Source of the DNA: Chrysomallon squamiferum
Lineage: Eukaryota > Animalia > Mollusca
Assembly: GCA_012295275.1 (NCBI GenBank)
Contig: CM022678.1
Coordinates: forward strand, 4,588,001 to 4,652,000
DNA: 64,000 nt
Direction of reading: 5' to 3'
Shown piece by piece: positions 14,208 through 27,344 of the stretch. Both the position numbers and the translations under genes were made by a program. The first letter of the stretch is position 1; every line of letters starts with the position of its first letter. The notes beneath the pieces were generated by a model that saw only the letters and a program-made list of their open reading frames with translations, searched no databases and had not been told where the DNA came from.

Positions 14208-16403
14208 TGTCTGTCTGTATATATATATAAACAAAGCAAAGAAAAAATCATATCGATTAGAGTGAGGTCCCTTAGGTGAGATGTACTCACTAATTCTTCG
14301 ATCATTTTAAAGTTTTAAAGTGGTTCTTTTTTCTTTGCTTATTTATTTACTCTATAGTGTCCACTTTGCTTGTTGTTGTTATAATTAAAAAACCAGTAAA
14401 GAAAATAATTTTTTGTGTCATTTGATAGAATCCTTTTTATAATATCAGTATTTAATATTTCATTTTGTATTTATTAATATTCTGAAATTTATTTGTTTTT
14501 AAATTTTCTGGCAATTTTTAATTAATTGAATTTTGTTTCTTTTACAATTTTATAATCATTCAGTAACAGAGGTTTTCTCTCTCTGTGTGTGTGTGTGTGG
14601 GTGTGTCTGTCTGTCTGTATATATATAAACAAAGCAATGAAAAAAATCATATCGATTAGAGTTAGGTCCCTTACGTCAGATGTATTCACTAAGCGAAGTA
14701 AAAATTATGTCGATTAGAATTATCTCCCTTTAGTGATATGTGTTCACAAACATATATTAGAGTGAGGTCCAATAGGTGAGATGTACTCACTAAGCCTCCG
14801 ATCGTTTTAAACTTTCAAAGTCGTTCTTTATTTGTTTACTTACTTATTTCTTATATATCCTGTCTACTTTGCTTATTGTTGTTATAATTAAAAAATCAGT
14901 AAATAAAATAATTTTTTGTGTCATTTGATGGAATCGTTTTTATAATATCAGTATTTATTATTTCATTTTCTATGTATTAATAATCTGAAATTTATTTGTT
15001 TTTAAATTTTCTCGCAATTTTTAATTAACTGAATTTTGATTCTTTTACAATTGTATATGCATTCAGTACCAGAGGTTTTTCTCTGTGTAATTGTGTGTAT
15101 GTGTGTGTGTGAGTCTGTCTGTCTGTATATATATAAACTAAGCAAAGAAAAAATCATATCGATTAGAGTGAGGTCCCTTAGGTGAGATGTACTCACTAAT
15201 TCTTCGATCGTTTTAAACTTTCAAAGTCGTTCTTTATTTGTTTACTTACTTATTTCTTATATATCCTGTCTACTTTGCTTATTTTTGTTATAATTAAAAA
15301 ATCAGTAAAGAAAATAATTTTTTGTGTCATTTGATAGAATCATTTTTATAATATCAGTATTTATTATTTCATTTTGTATTTATTAATATTCTGAAATTTA
15401 TTTGTTTTTAAATTTTCTGGCAATTTTTAATTAATTGAATTTTGTTTCTTTTACAATTTTATAATCATTCAGTAACAGAGGTTTTTCTCTCTGTGTGTGT
15501 GTGTGGGTGTGTGTGTCTGTCTGTCTGTATATATATAAACAAAGGAAAGAAAAAATCATATCGATTAGAGTTAGGTCCCTTACGTCAGATGTATTCACTA
15601 AGCGAAGTAAAATTTATGTCGATTAGAATTATCTCCCTTTAGTGATATGTGTTCACAAAAATATATTAGAGTTAGGTCCAATAGGTGAGATGTACTCACT
15701 AAGCCTTCGATTGTTTTAAACTTTCAAACTCGTTCTTTATTTGTTTACTTACTTAATATTTACACTATCCTGTCTACTTTGCTTATTGTTGTTATATAGT
15801 TAAAAAATCAGTAAATAAAATATTTTTTTTTTGTGTCATTTGATGGAATCGTTTCTATAATATCAGTATTTATTATTTCATTTTGTATGTATTAATAATC
15901 TGAAATTTATTTGTTTTTAAATTTCCTCGCAATTTTTAATTAACTGAATTTTGATTCTTTTACAATTGTATATGCATTCAGTACCAGAGGTTTTTCTCTG
16001 TGTAATTGTGTGTATGTGTGTGTGTGTGTGTGTGTGTCTGTCTGTATATATATAAACTAAGCAAAACAAATCATATCGATTAGAGTGATGTCCCTTAGGT
16101 GAGATGTACTCACTAATTCTTCGATCGTTTTAAACTTTCAAAGTCGTTCTTTATTTGTTTACTTATTTATTTCTTATATATCCTGTCTACTTTGCTCATT
16201 TTTGTTATAATTAAAAAATCAGTAAATAAAATAATTTTGTGTGTCATTTGACGGAATCGTTTTTATAATATCAGTATTAATTATTTCATTTTGTATGTAT
16301 TAATATTCTGAAATATGTTTGTTTTTAAATTTTCTGGCAATTTTTAATTAATTGAATGTTGATTCTTTTACAATTGTATGTGCATTCAATACCAAAGGTT
16401 TTT

Positions 16404-16437
<34 letters not shown>

Positions 16438-17323
16438 CTGTCTGTAATTCTGTATATATATAAACTAAGCAAAGAAAAAATCATATCGATTAGAGTGAGG
16501 TCCCTTAGGTGAGATGTACTCACTAATTCTTCGATCATTTTAAAGTTTTAAAGTGGTTCTTTTTTCTTTGCTTATTTATTTACTCTATAGTGTCCACTTT
16601 GCTTGTTGTTGTTATAATTAAAAAACCAGTAAAGAAAATAATTTTTTGTGTCATTTGATAGAATCCTTTTTATAATATCAGTATTTAATATTTCATTTTG
16701 TATTTATTAATATTCTGAAATTTATTTGTTTTTAAATTTTCTGGCAATTTTTAATTAATTGAATTTTGTTTCTTTTACAATTTTATAATCATTCAGTAAC
16801 AGAGGTTTTTCTCTCTCTGTGTGTGTGTGGGTGTGTCTGTCTGTCTGTATATATATAAACAAAGCAATGAAAAAATCATATCGATTAGAGTTAGGTCCCT
16901 TACGTGAGATGTATTCACTAAGCGAAGTAAAAATTATATCGATTAGAATTATCTCCCTTTAGTGATATGTGTTCACAAACATATATTAGAGTGAGGTCCA
17001 ATAGGTGAGATGTACTCACTAAGCCTCCGATCGTTTTAAACTTTCAAAGTCGTTCTTTATTTGTTTACTTACTTATTTCTTATATATCCTGTCTACTTTG
17101 CTTATTGTTGTTATAATTAAAAAATCAGTAAATAAAATAATTTTTTGTGTCATTTGATGGAATCGTTTTTATAATATCAGTATTTATTATTTCATTTTCT
17201 ATGTATTAATAATCTGAAATTTATTTGTTTTTAAATTTTCTCGCAATTTTTAATTAACTGAATTTTGATTCTTTTACAATTGTATATGCATTCAGTACCA
17301 GAGGTTTTTCTCTGTGTAATTGT

Positions 17324-17360
<37 letters not shown>

Positions 17361-19963
17361 TGTCTGTATATATATAAATAAACAAAGCAAAAAAAATCAT
17401 ATCGATTAGAGTGAGGTCCCTTAGGTGAGATGTACTCACTAATTCTTCGATCGTTTTAAACTTTCAAAGTCGTTCTTTATTTGTTTACTATTTTTATTTC
17501 TTATATATCCTGTCTACTTTGCTTATTTTTGTTATAATTAAAAAATCAGTAAAGAAAATAATTTTTTGTGTCATTTGATAGAATCATTTTTATAATATCA
17601 GTATTTATTATTTCATTTTGTATTTATTAATATTCTGAAATTTATTTGTTTTTAAATTTTCTGGCAATTTTTAATTAATTGAATTTTGTTTCTTTTACAA
17701 TTTTATAATCATTCAGTAACAGAGGTTTTTCTCTCTGTGTGTGTGTGTGGTGTGTGTGTCTGTCTGTCTGTATATATATAAACAAAGCAATGAAAAAAAT
17801 CATATCGATTAGAGTTAGGTCCCTTACGTCAGATGTATTCACTAAGCGAAGTAAAATTTATGTCGATTAGAATTATCTCCCTTTAGTGATATGTGTTCAC
17901 AAAAAATATATTAGAGTTAGGTCCAATAGGTGAGATGTACTCACTAAGCCTTCGATTGTTTTAAACTTTCAAACTCTTTCTTTATTTGTTTACTTACTTA
18001 ATATTTACACTATCCTGTCTACTTTGCTTATTGTTGTTATATAGTTAAAAAATCAGTAAATAAAATAATTTTTTGTGTCATTTGATGGAATCGTTTCTAT
18101 AATATCAGTATTTATTATTTCATTTTGTATGTATTAATAATCTGAAATTTATTTGTTTTTAAATTTCCTCGCAATTTTTAATTAACTGAATTTTGATTCT
18201 TTTACAATTGTATATGCATTCAGTACCAGAGGTTTTTCTCTGTGTAATTGTGTGTATGTGTGTGTGTGTGTGTGTGTGTCTGTCTGTATATATATAAACT
18301 AAGCAAAACAAATCATATCGATTAGAGTGATGTCCCTTAGGTGAGATGTACTCACTAATTCTTCGATCGTTTTAAACTTTCAAAGTCGTTCTTTATTTGT
18401 TTACTTATTTATTTCTTATATATCCTGTCTACTTTGCTCATTTTTGTTATAATTAAAAAATCAGTAAATAAAATAATTTTGTGTGTCATTTGACGGAATC
18501 GTTTTTATAATATCAGTATTAATTATTTCATTTTGTATGTATTAATATTCTGAAATATGTTTGTTTTTAAATTTTCTGGCAATTTTTAATTAATTGAATG
18601 TTGATTCTTTTACAATTGTATGTGCATTCAATACCAAAGGTTTTTCTCTGTGTAAGTGTGTGTGTGTGTGTGTGTGTGTATCTGTCTGTAATTCTGTATA
18701 TATATAAACTAAGCAAAGAAAAAATCATATCGATTAGAGTGAGGTCCCTTAGGTGAGATGTACTCACTAATTCTTCGATCATTTTAAAGTTTTAAAGTGG
18801 TTCTTTTTTCTTTGCTTATTTATTTACTCTATAGTGTCCACTTTGCTTGTTGTTGTTATAATTAAAAAACCAGTAAAGAAAATAATTTTTTGTGTCATTT
18901 GATAGAATCGTTTTTATAATATCAGTATTTATTATTTCATTTTGTATTTATTAATATTCTGAAATGTATTTGTTTTTAAATTTTCTGGCAATATTTAATT
19001 AATTGAATTTTGTTTCTTTTACAATTTTATAATCATTCAGTAACAGAGGTTTTTCTCTCTGTGTGTGTGTGTGTGTGTGTGTGTCTGTCTGTCTGTATAT
19101 ATAAAAACAAACCAAAGAAAAAATCATATCGATTAGAGTTAGGTCCCTTACGTCAGATGTATTCACTAAGCGAAGTACAAATTATATCGATTAAAATTAT
19201 CTCCCTTTAGTGATATGTGTTCACAAACATATATTAGAGTGAGGTCCAATAGGTGAGATGTACTCACTAAGCCTCCGATCGTCTTAAACTTTCAAAGTCG
19301 TTCTTTATTTGTTTACTTACTTATTTCTTATATATTCTGTCTACTTTGCTTATTGTTGTTATAATTAAAAAATCAGTAAATAAAATAATTTTTTGTGTCA
19401 TTTGATGGAATCGTTTTTATAATATCAGTATTTATTATTTCATTTTCTATGTATTAATAATCTGAAATTTCTTTGTTTTTAAATTTTCTCGCAATTTTTA
19501 ATTAACTGAATTTTGATTCTTTTACAATTGTCTATGCATTCAGTACCAGAGGTTTTTCTCTGTGTAATTGTGTGTATGTGTGTGTGTGTGTCTGTCTGTC
19601 TGTATATATATAAACTAAGCAAAGAAAAAATCATATCGATTACAGTGAGGTCCCTTAGGTGAGATGTACTCACTAATTCTTCGATCGTTTTAAACTTTCA
19701 AAGTCGTTCTTTATTTGTTTACTTACTTATTTCTTATATATCCTGTCTTCTTTGCTTATTTTTGTTATAATTAAAAAATCAGTAAATAAAATAATTTTGT
19801 GTGTCATTTGACGGAATCGTTTTTATAATATCAGTATTAATTATTTCATTTTGTATGTATTAATATTCTGAAATATGTTTGATTTTAAATTTTCTGGCAA
19901 TTTTTAATTAATTGAATGTTGATTCTTTTACAATTGTATATGCATTCAATACCAAAGGTTTTT

Positions 19964-20020
<57 letters not shown>

Positions 20021-20892
20021 TGTCTGTAATTATGTGTATATATAAACTAAGCAAAGAAAAAGTCATATCGATTAGAGTGAGGTCCCTTAGGTGAGATGTA
20101 CTCACTAATTCTTCGATCATTTTAAAGTTTTAAAGTGGTTCTTTTTTGTTTGCTTATTTATTTAATCTATCCTGTCTACTTTACTTATTGCTGTTATAAT
20201 TAAAAAATCAGTAAATAAAATAATTATTTGTGTGATTTGATAGAATCGTTTTGATAATATTAGTATTTATTATTTCATTTTGTATTTATTAATATTCTGA
20301 AATTTATTTGTTTTTAAATTTTCTGGCAATTTTTAATTAATTGAATTTTGTTTCTTTTACAATTTTATAATCATTCAGTAACATAGGTTTTTCTGTGTGT
20401 GTGCGTGTGTGGGTGTGTCTGTCTGTCTGTATATATATAAACAAAGCAATGAAAAAATCATATCGATTAGAGTTAGGTCCCTTACGTCAGATGTATTTAC
20501 TAAGCGAAGTCAAAATTATGTCGATTAGAATTATCTCCCTTTAGTGATATGTGTTCACAAAAATATATTAGAGTGTGGTCCCTTAGGTGAGATGTACTCA
20601 CTAATTCTTCGATCGTTTTAAACTTTCAAAGTCGTTCTTTATTTGTTTACTTACTTATTTCTTATATATCCTGTCTAGTTTGCTTATTGTTGTTATAATT
20701 AAGAAGTCAGTAAATAAAATAATTGTTTGTGTCATTTGATGGAATCGTTTTTGTAATATCAGTATTTATTATTTCATGTTGTATTTATTAATATTCTGAA
20801 ATTTATTTGTTTTTAAATTTTCTGGCAATTTTTAATTAATTGAATTTTGAATCTTTTACAATTGTATATGCATTCAGTACCAGAGGTTTTTC

Positions 20893-20934
<42 letters not shown>

Positions 20935-21085
20935 TTTGTGTGTGTGTCTCTGTCTGTCTTTCCGTATATATATAAACTAATCAAAGAAAAAATCATATCG
21001 ATTAGAGTGAGGTCCCTTAGGTGAGATGTACTCACTAATTCTTCGATCATTTTAAAGTTTTAAAGTGGTTCTTTTTTGTTTGCTT
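5140..21085. repeat. Tandem satellite array of 36 monomers in three classes (G ~408 bp, C ~410 bp, A ~503 bp), each with an internal (TG)n(TCTG)n(TA)n tract and higher-order organisation
   Basis: Monomer starts GTCATTTGA(TG/TA/CG) read at 5140, 5546, 6049, 6459, 6870, 7369, 7782, 8296, 8710, 9119, 9624, 10030, 10447, 10951, 11357, 11768, 12268, 12688, 13097, 13600, 14008, 14417, 14920, 15326, 15835, 16243, 16650, 17149, 17570, 18077, 18485, 18894, 19397, 19803, ~20232 and 20731. Near-identical short ORFs recur in the ORF track. Confidence 0.97.
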
Positions 21086-22038
21086 CACTCCTTCAGTTGT
21101 AAAATACGACAACAACAACATAATACTAATAATGATATAAATAATAATATTGATGATGATGTTGATGATGATAAAATACTCAACTTCTTTTTTCTGTGAA
21201 AGAAACGTTTTTATTTGCGATAGATAAACACAGACTAAGTTCACGTGATATGGTAAGAGGAGTGATTGGTTTATGCGACCAATCACCCATACTGAGACAT
21301 TGAGGACACGAATGTATTGATATTTTGCCCCTGAGTATGATCCTGCCTCACTCTTGCACCAAGATATAAAGAATGTCTTATATTTATTTCTTAAACCGAT
21401 TAATCTAATCTTTATTTTAATTATTATAATATGACCGTAGTACAATCAACATAACAGACCTAAACAACACCTGGCTGTATTGTATTTACTCCGAGGAACA
21501 TTACTACTGTTAGAACTGCTTCTGCTACCTTTTTTAGTAACTCTAATGTTAATATTAAAACAGGTAGCGCGAGTTTACTGTGAGTCTACTACTATTTTCA
21601 TTTAATATCGCCACTAATTATTACTGGTAAATATCATGCCTGGCATTTCAACAGCTAAATGGAAAAGAGTTATTTAACTAACTAAAACTTACCAACAGAA
21701 GTAACTGGAAATAGCACCATAAACAGAACGTAAAACCAGTGCGCCATAACAGTAACGGAATATACTGTAAATGTTTTAATGAAATTAAACAGAAAAGTAT
21801 TCGTACGTAAAGATCTAATATAACTAATATACAGAGTTAATAATATTCCAAACACTTTAAATATTGAAATTTGGAACAAACAGACGCTACGGCATAACGA
21901 ATATACAGTTGTTAATATTTGAAACATTTTAAATGTTCAAGTACAGATTATATCACACGCTGCTTCAGTCAAAATCAATTGTATTGCCTGCAGTCACGTG
22001 CTACTCTTTTGTTACAGAATATAACTTAAAGTGTTTTA

Positions 22039-22087
<49 letters not shown>

Positions 22088-22457
22088 AGACACACACAAT
22101 CACAGACACACACATGCACTCATTCCTGTCAAGCTGGAATATACTCAGTCTCTCAAGTTTATTTTTTACAATAAATCTATGAGTAATGTTTATATAATTC
22201 AAGGAACAATTATTATAAAGCAACAAACAAATAAACAAAAGAAGAAAAAAGCAAACAAAACAAATAAACAACCCAATAATTACAATAGCATTGGTGATGA
22301 TGATGACGGTAACAACAAAGAAAAAATGCAAATTAAAAATGCAACAACAGTAAAAAAATCCCACACAAACAGAGATAGGTTGACAGTTAAACACAGTATT
22401 GATGTTTCGATAAATTCAGTGTGTTAAATAACACAGGTTTATTTGTATATATATATA

Positions 22458-22511
<54 letters not shown>

Positions 22512-23688
22512 CTACATACATATATTATGTATATATTTTAGAATTTCATTGACTATTCTCTGTAAGTCTGATTCGTCTCTGCACATAGACAGGTTTCGGG
22601 AGCGCACTTTCACAGGAGGACAAAGTCCAATCACGACCTCACAAACCCGTCAGATTCCCTGACACATAAACACAAACACAGATATACACAAACATACATA
22701 CAGATATACATACACACATAGAAACACAAACATGGACACACAAATACAGATAGTTCTTCAGATAGATATACGGCGACTGGATGCAATAATAACGTTTCGG
22801 TCAATTCACTATGTCAATAACACAGGCTGTATCTTTATTTTTTTTCGTTTTATATATATATATTCAGTTCAGGATATATGTAAATTAGAAAATGTTCTAA
22901 CAGAGTATTAATAAATGTGAATATGTATAGCATATATGCTTATCTGTATGCATTATGTACATGGATGTATTCTTGTTTGCCTTTATTTATGTGTGCATGC
23001 ATGTGTGTATTTCTAAATAAATGGTTTTGTATACTTGAATATGTATGTATATGTTTGTGTGTGTTTGTTTGTAGGTACGAAGTTATGTATGAACTTATGT
23101 AGGTAGATAGAAACAAGTAATAATTTTATACTGTGTGTGGGTTTTTTGGAAGCAGAACAGAGGCGATGACCTAGATGTTGGACACGCTTGGGAAAAACCT
23201 GTTACGGTCTGATGCGGCTGAGAGTGACTTGGCCAGAAGCTGAGGTAAATTTAAAAATCACCTGTCTTTGTATGTCTGTTTGTCTCGTGTATGTTTGTGT
23301 CTGTGAGTTTGTGTATTTTTATGTATTCCTCTGTGTATGTGAGTGTGCATTTCTATGTATATGTTGTTATGTGTCTTTATGTATATGTTCTAGTGTATGT
23401 ATTATATATGTACATGCGTCTATGTTTATGCGTAAACGTGTGTTATGCTTGTGAGAGATAGAGCAATAACGTGTGAGTATTATTAATAAATAATTTGTGG
23501 TTACTGTTTAAGACAGATATATAGACAGCCAAAGCGAGAGACAGTCTATAGACAGATTGGTATGTATATGTATTAAGTAGATAAGCAGAAAGAACGATAC
23601 AGAGACATAAAGAGAAAAACGTTGTCTTTGTAATGCTTTGGAAATCTTGTGTTATGGTTTATCATAATTATTATTGTTGTTGTTGTTG

Positions 23689-23758
<70 letters not shown>

Positions 23759-23801
23759 TTACCTTGTTAATTAGGTTTAACATGTTGTTTCTTTGCTACA
23801 G

Positions 23802-24726
23802 ATAATTCGCAATGCACACGACAGTCATCTTACAGAAATCGGTTCAGACCTGATAACTACTTAACAGGATTCAATTTTCGCTCTGGTAAATATTTATTGA
23901 AAAGTATTAGTAATCTTGTTTTCTTTGAATCATACGTAAAAAATTACTGTTTTTATTACTTAAGTTCAGAAATATTTGAAATATAAATCGTAATGACTGA
24001 ATTAAAATGCAAAATTTGATTTAATTTACAGTCGGATAATGAATATAATGACGCATTTATATATATATAACGTTTATAATTGAACTAAATTACAGAAAGA
24101 CGCAGTGTTTATTTATTTCGTGTTTTTATGTTTCAGCAAAACCAGGTGAAATTGAAATGATAGTTCAACTCCTATGTTGTCAGTGAAACTGTAGAGTTCA
24201 GGTATAATGGAAATGTTGGTAACCCAGCACAGTCGTGGTCGTGGCAGTGGAAGTACGCTGGTGACATGACGTGGATGTCGTATCCATACACAGAGAGAAT
24301 CAAAGATGACCCACCTAGACTATCTGGGTGTGAGAACAGAGGAAGTTCTGTTTTAAATCACACTGTATCTCTCAGTGAAACAATGCGAATGTTCAGATGC
24401 ATTGTGGGTAATATCGAGCTCTATTCTGCAAACTTTACCATCAACACTCAAAGTAAGATTTCATTTTAATTGGTTTTAGAATGAAAATCATTGGTGTATG
24501 GAACAAGCCATTGTTATGTGTAACGTATAACAAAATTGTTTTAAAAAGGAAAATGAATTGAAATGATTTAATGGAAGAAAATAGCGGCGACTATAACGTT
24601 GTTATGTCCAGTTTCAACTTGTTAAACTGTATGTTTTGCCATTTGTTGTATTATTGGATTACGTAACTGATAAACTTGATTTTAGTTTCAATACTCATAG
24701 ACGTAGACGTTACCACTGAAATTCAG
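23802..24726 (+). pseudogene. Partial, damaged immunoglobulin-superfamily gene (three putative exons: 23802-23886, 24137-24452, 24701-24726)
   Basis: Exon 24137-24452 (tttcag| ... |gtaaga) reads AKPGEIEMIV/frameshift/SYVVSETVEFRYNGNVGNPAQSWSWQWK...GCENRGSSVLNHTVSLSETMRMFRCIVGN...FTINTQ. This fits an Ig-like B-strand / C-strand Trp / F-strand FRC pattern. Its 316-nt length is one off a phase 1-1 exon, and the expected B-strand Cys reads TAT (Tyr). The flanking exons have AG/GT ends but are less certain. Confidence 0.6.
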
Positions 24727-24902
24727 GTACGTTTAATTTTGTTTGTAACAACAACACTTTGATTTCTGTTTCTCGTCAGCACATTTAGTATATTTTATAT
24801 TTCGTGTTATTTTATTGTGGTAACGAAAACGTCATTTATATTGTGAAACAGATACTGAGTCGATCAAATTGTGATACATTAAAAGTAAGTTTAATTTTTG
24901 TT

Positions 24903-25102
24903 NNNNNNNNNNNNNNNNNNNNNNNNNNNNNNNNNNNNNNNNNNNNNNNNNNNNNNNNNNNNNNNNNNNNNNNNNNNNNNNNNNNNNNNNNNNNNNNNNN
25001 NNNNNNNNNNNNNNNNNNNNNNNNNNNNNNNNNNNNNNNNNNNNNNNNNNNNNNNNNNNNNNNNNNNNNNNNNNNNNNNNNNNNNNNNNNNNNNNNNNNN
25101 NN
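24903..25102. other. Assembly gap (200 N)
   Basis: Run of exactly 200 N, a round scaffolding value, so true size and continuity are unknown. Confidence 0.99.
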
Positions 25103-25798
25103 TCACCTAAAAAATAAAAAATAAAAATAAAAAGAACAAAAAAATAAAACTTGAAAACAAAAGCAATAAATAAATAAATAATAATACTAATAATGATGTT
25201 GATGATGATGATGGTAACAATAATGAAAGATTTCATAATCTAATTTGCAATGTTAAAATCTTTGACAGTGATGAGATGAAGATTAGAATGACAAAAAGTA
25301 TGATGATAATGACTTTAATAATAATATGAATGATAATAATCATTAGTCACAATAATAAAAAATAATGATCATCATGATGATAACAATAATGACAATACTA
25401 CTGCTACTATTACTACTAATAATAATAATGAAGATGGTGATGATAATGAAAACGACAATTATAATAATACCCGAAAGAAAACGAAGAAGAAAAGAAAAGG
25501 AAATAGATGAGAAAAGGAACAAGAAAATTTAGTAAAAGAAAGTTACTGTCAAATGTTATCATATTAAATCAAAACAAAAATCTGATGTAACTACAAATCA
25601 CAGTACCAGCAGTTCCACTGTAATTGGCTATAGACAACTGGAAATTATCGTCTTCTCCTGCTATCGAGAAATTCTTGTAGGAGGCGTAGGTCCTGCTCCC
25701 TACAAAATCTTCTAAATCTACCCTCAGTTCATAAAGTCCTTGAGTAGTCAGTCTGTGAATATTCGTGTTACCTAATAATAATAATAATAATGATGATG

Positions 25799-25840
<42 letters not shown>

Positions 25841-26697
25841 GTTTCTAATAAAATGTTCACTTCATAATGACACAAAATAAATATTAAAAGAATGTTTCGT
25901 CTTCAGAACTGACACATTCATTAACTACACTTTGTGTGAAAATTCGTGTTACCTAATAATAATAATAATAATAATAATAACTATGATGATGCTTATAATT
26001 ATCATCATCAGTGTCATGATGAAAAAGATCACAATAATACGAACAACGATATTAATGGTGGAAGAAATGTGACACAAAATACTAAAATAAGTTATATTTT
26101 CTTTAAAAACATTTGTCTATTTCAGCATCCGTTTGCATCAACCGGCCAGTCTTTCGAAAAGATAATTAGCTTTAAACATACCCAGCCAGAACTCATTGTT
26201 GAAATTTCCGAAACCGTCTTTGTATTCGTTCCAAGTTCTGTAGAAATCTTCCGATCCGTCTGTCCTTCTCTGGAATACCTGAATCAGTATTGAAGAAAGA
26301 CTAAACTATCAGACAATATAACATGTGATTATATTCTAGTCGAACCTAATTAAGAGTTTCAGGATAATAATTTATGTTCTATATCTACATAAACCCTTAT
26401 TTAATAGATTCATTATTTTTATCTGTCTTTAAATCTTTGTGTTAGGCAGCATTGCTTGTGTGTACTTCTTTGTGTACGTAACAATACTTCTGACTTACCA
26501 GCCATCCTCCATTACTAATTTCACAATAGACACTGACTGGCTGTCCGCCGTCACGTGGTTGTACCAAATAAACACCGTCAGTCTGACTTCCTTTCTTCAC
26601 GACATCGTAACAGTCTGCAGGTACGTCGTTTTCAACATCTGTAAAGTGAATTCCGTGTATTCTGAGTAAATCTTTGAATCTAATTATTTTAATCTCA

Positions 26698-26742
<45 letters not shown>

Positions 26743-27209
26743 CATAGGAATAATAATAGTATTCAAGCCATCTGCAGGTACGTTGTTTTCAAAATCGCTA
26801 ACGTAAATTCAGTGTATTCTCGGTAAGTATTGATATCTAAAATGTGAACACGTAAGAAGAAGAAGAAAAGGAGACAAATATATTTGAATAATTTACCGAA
26901 ACGTCGCATTCCTGTATAATTTTCGGAGGCTGAATGAAAAACATCGTCACCGTATAACAAACAATCGTTGTTAGTGGTCGAATAGAAAATACTTCGGCAG
27001 CCACGACGATGATAGCAGTTTACAGTGCACTGTAATCTTCCTGATGTTGTCATTTGTTTTAAACTTTGTGATTTAGGTTTTACATCTCGAAATAGTGATG
27101 ATTCCTGGAAATTGATTTGAACGTTGCCAGAAACTGCGCATACTTCTGATGCAGCCGTGGATTCAAACAGGATGAAAATCATGAGTGATATATACTTCAC
27201 AGACGTCAT
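25103..27209 (-). CDS. PAN/Apple-FReD gene copy 1 (secreted; exon 5 runs into the gap)
   Basis: Exons: 27209-26897 (313 nt; [15 protein letters not shown] signal peptide + C-x3-C-x5-C-RSIFY-x6-C PAN core); 26638-26499 ([10 protein letters not shown]...[11 protein letters not shown]); 26278-26182 ([29 protein letters not shown]); 25771-25607 ([24 protein letters not shown]). Exon 5 acceptor tttttag|GTGA is at 25106. All junctions GT-AG with no stops. Confidence 0.88.
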
Positions 27210-27344
27210 ATTTGATGAAGTTGTTGTTCGTCTTCGAAGGTGTTATAGTTGCTGTCCTTTTGTTCGTCCTCAGTTAAACAATGCTTGATGAAATTATGTC
27301 GTGTAGAGAATACACGAGAGACAGTACTGCGTTCAATGACAATT

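Noticed and set aside
5140-21085. Recurrent 60-71 aa ORFs (MSTSHLRDLTLIDMIF..., MIEELVST...) and a superficially CRISPR-like periodicity
   Set aside because: The ORFs change frame with (TG)n length and have non-ATG starts. There are no unique spacers or cas genes, and the context is eukaryotic. This is satellite DNA.
21047-23460. ORFs of 60-164 aa and two GC-richer islands (~22590-22660 and ~23150-23245)
   Set aside because: The ORFs are low-complexity or microsatellite translations. The islands have stops in the three frames examined for each.
23802-27209. Ig exon + FReD as a classical FREP gene
   Set aside because: Opposite strands, separated by a gap, and copy 1 has its own PAN first exon.
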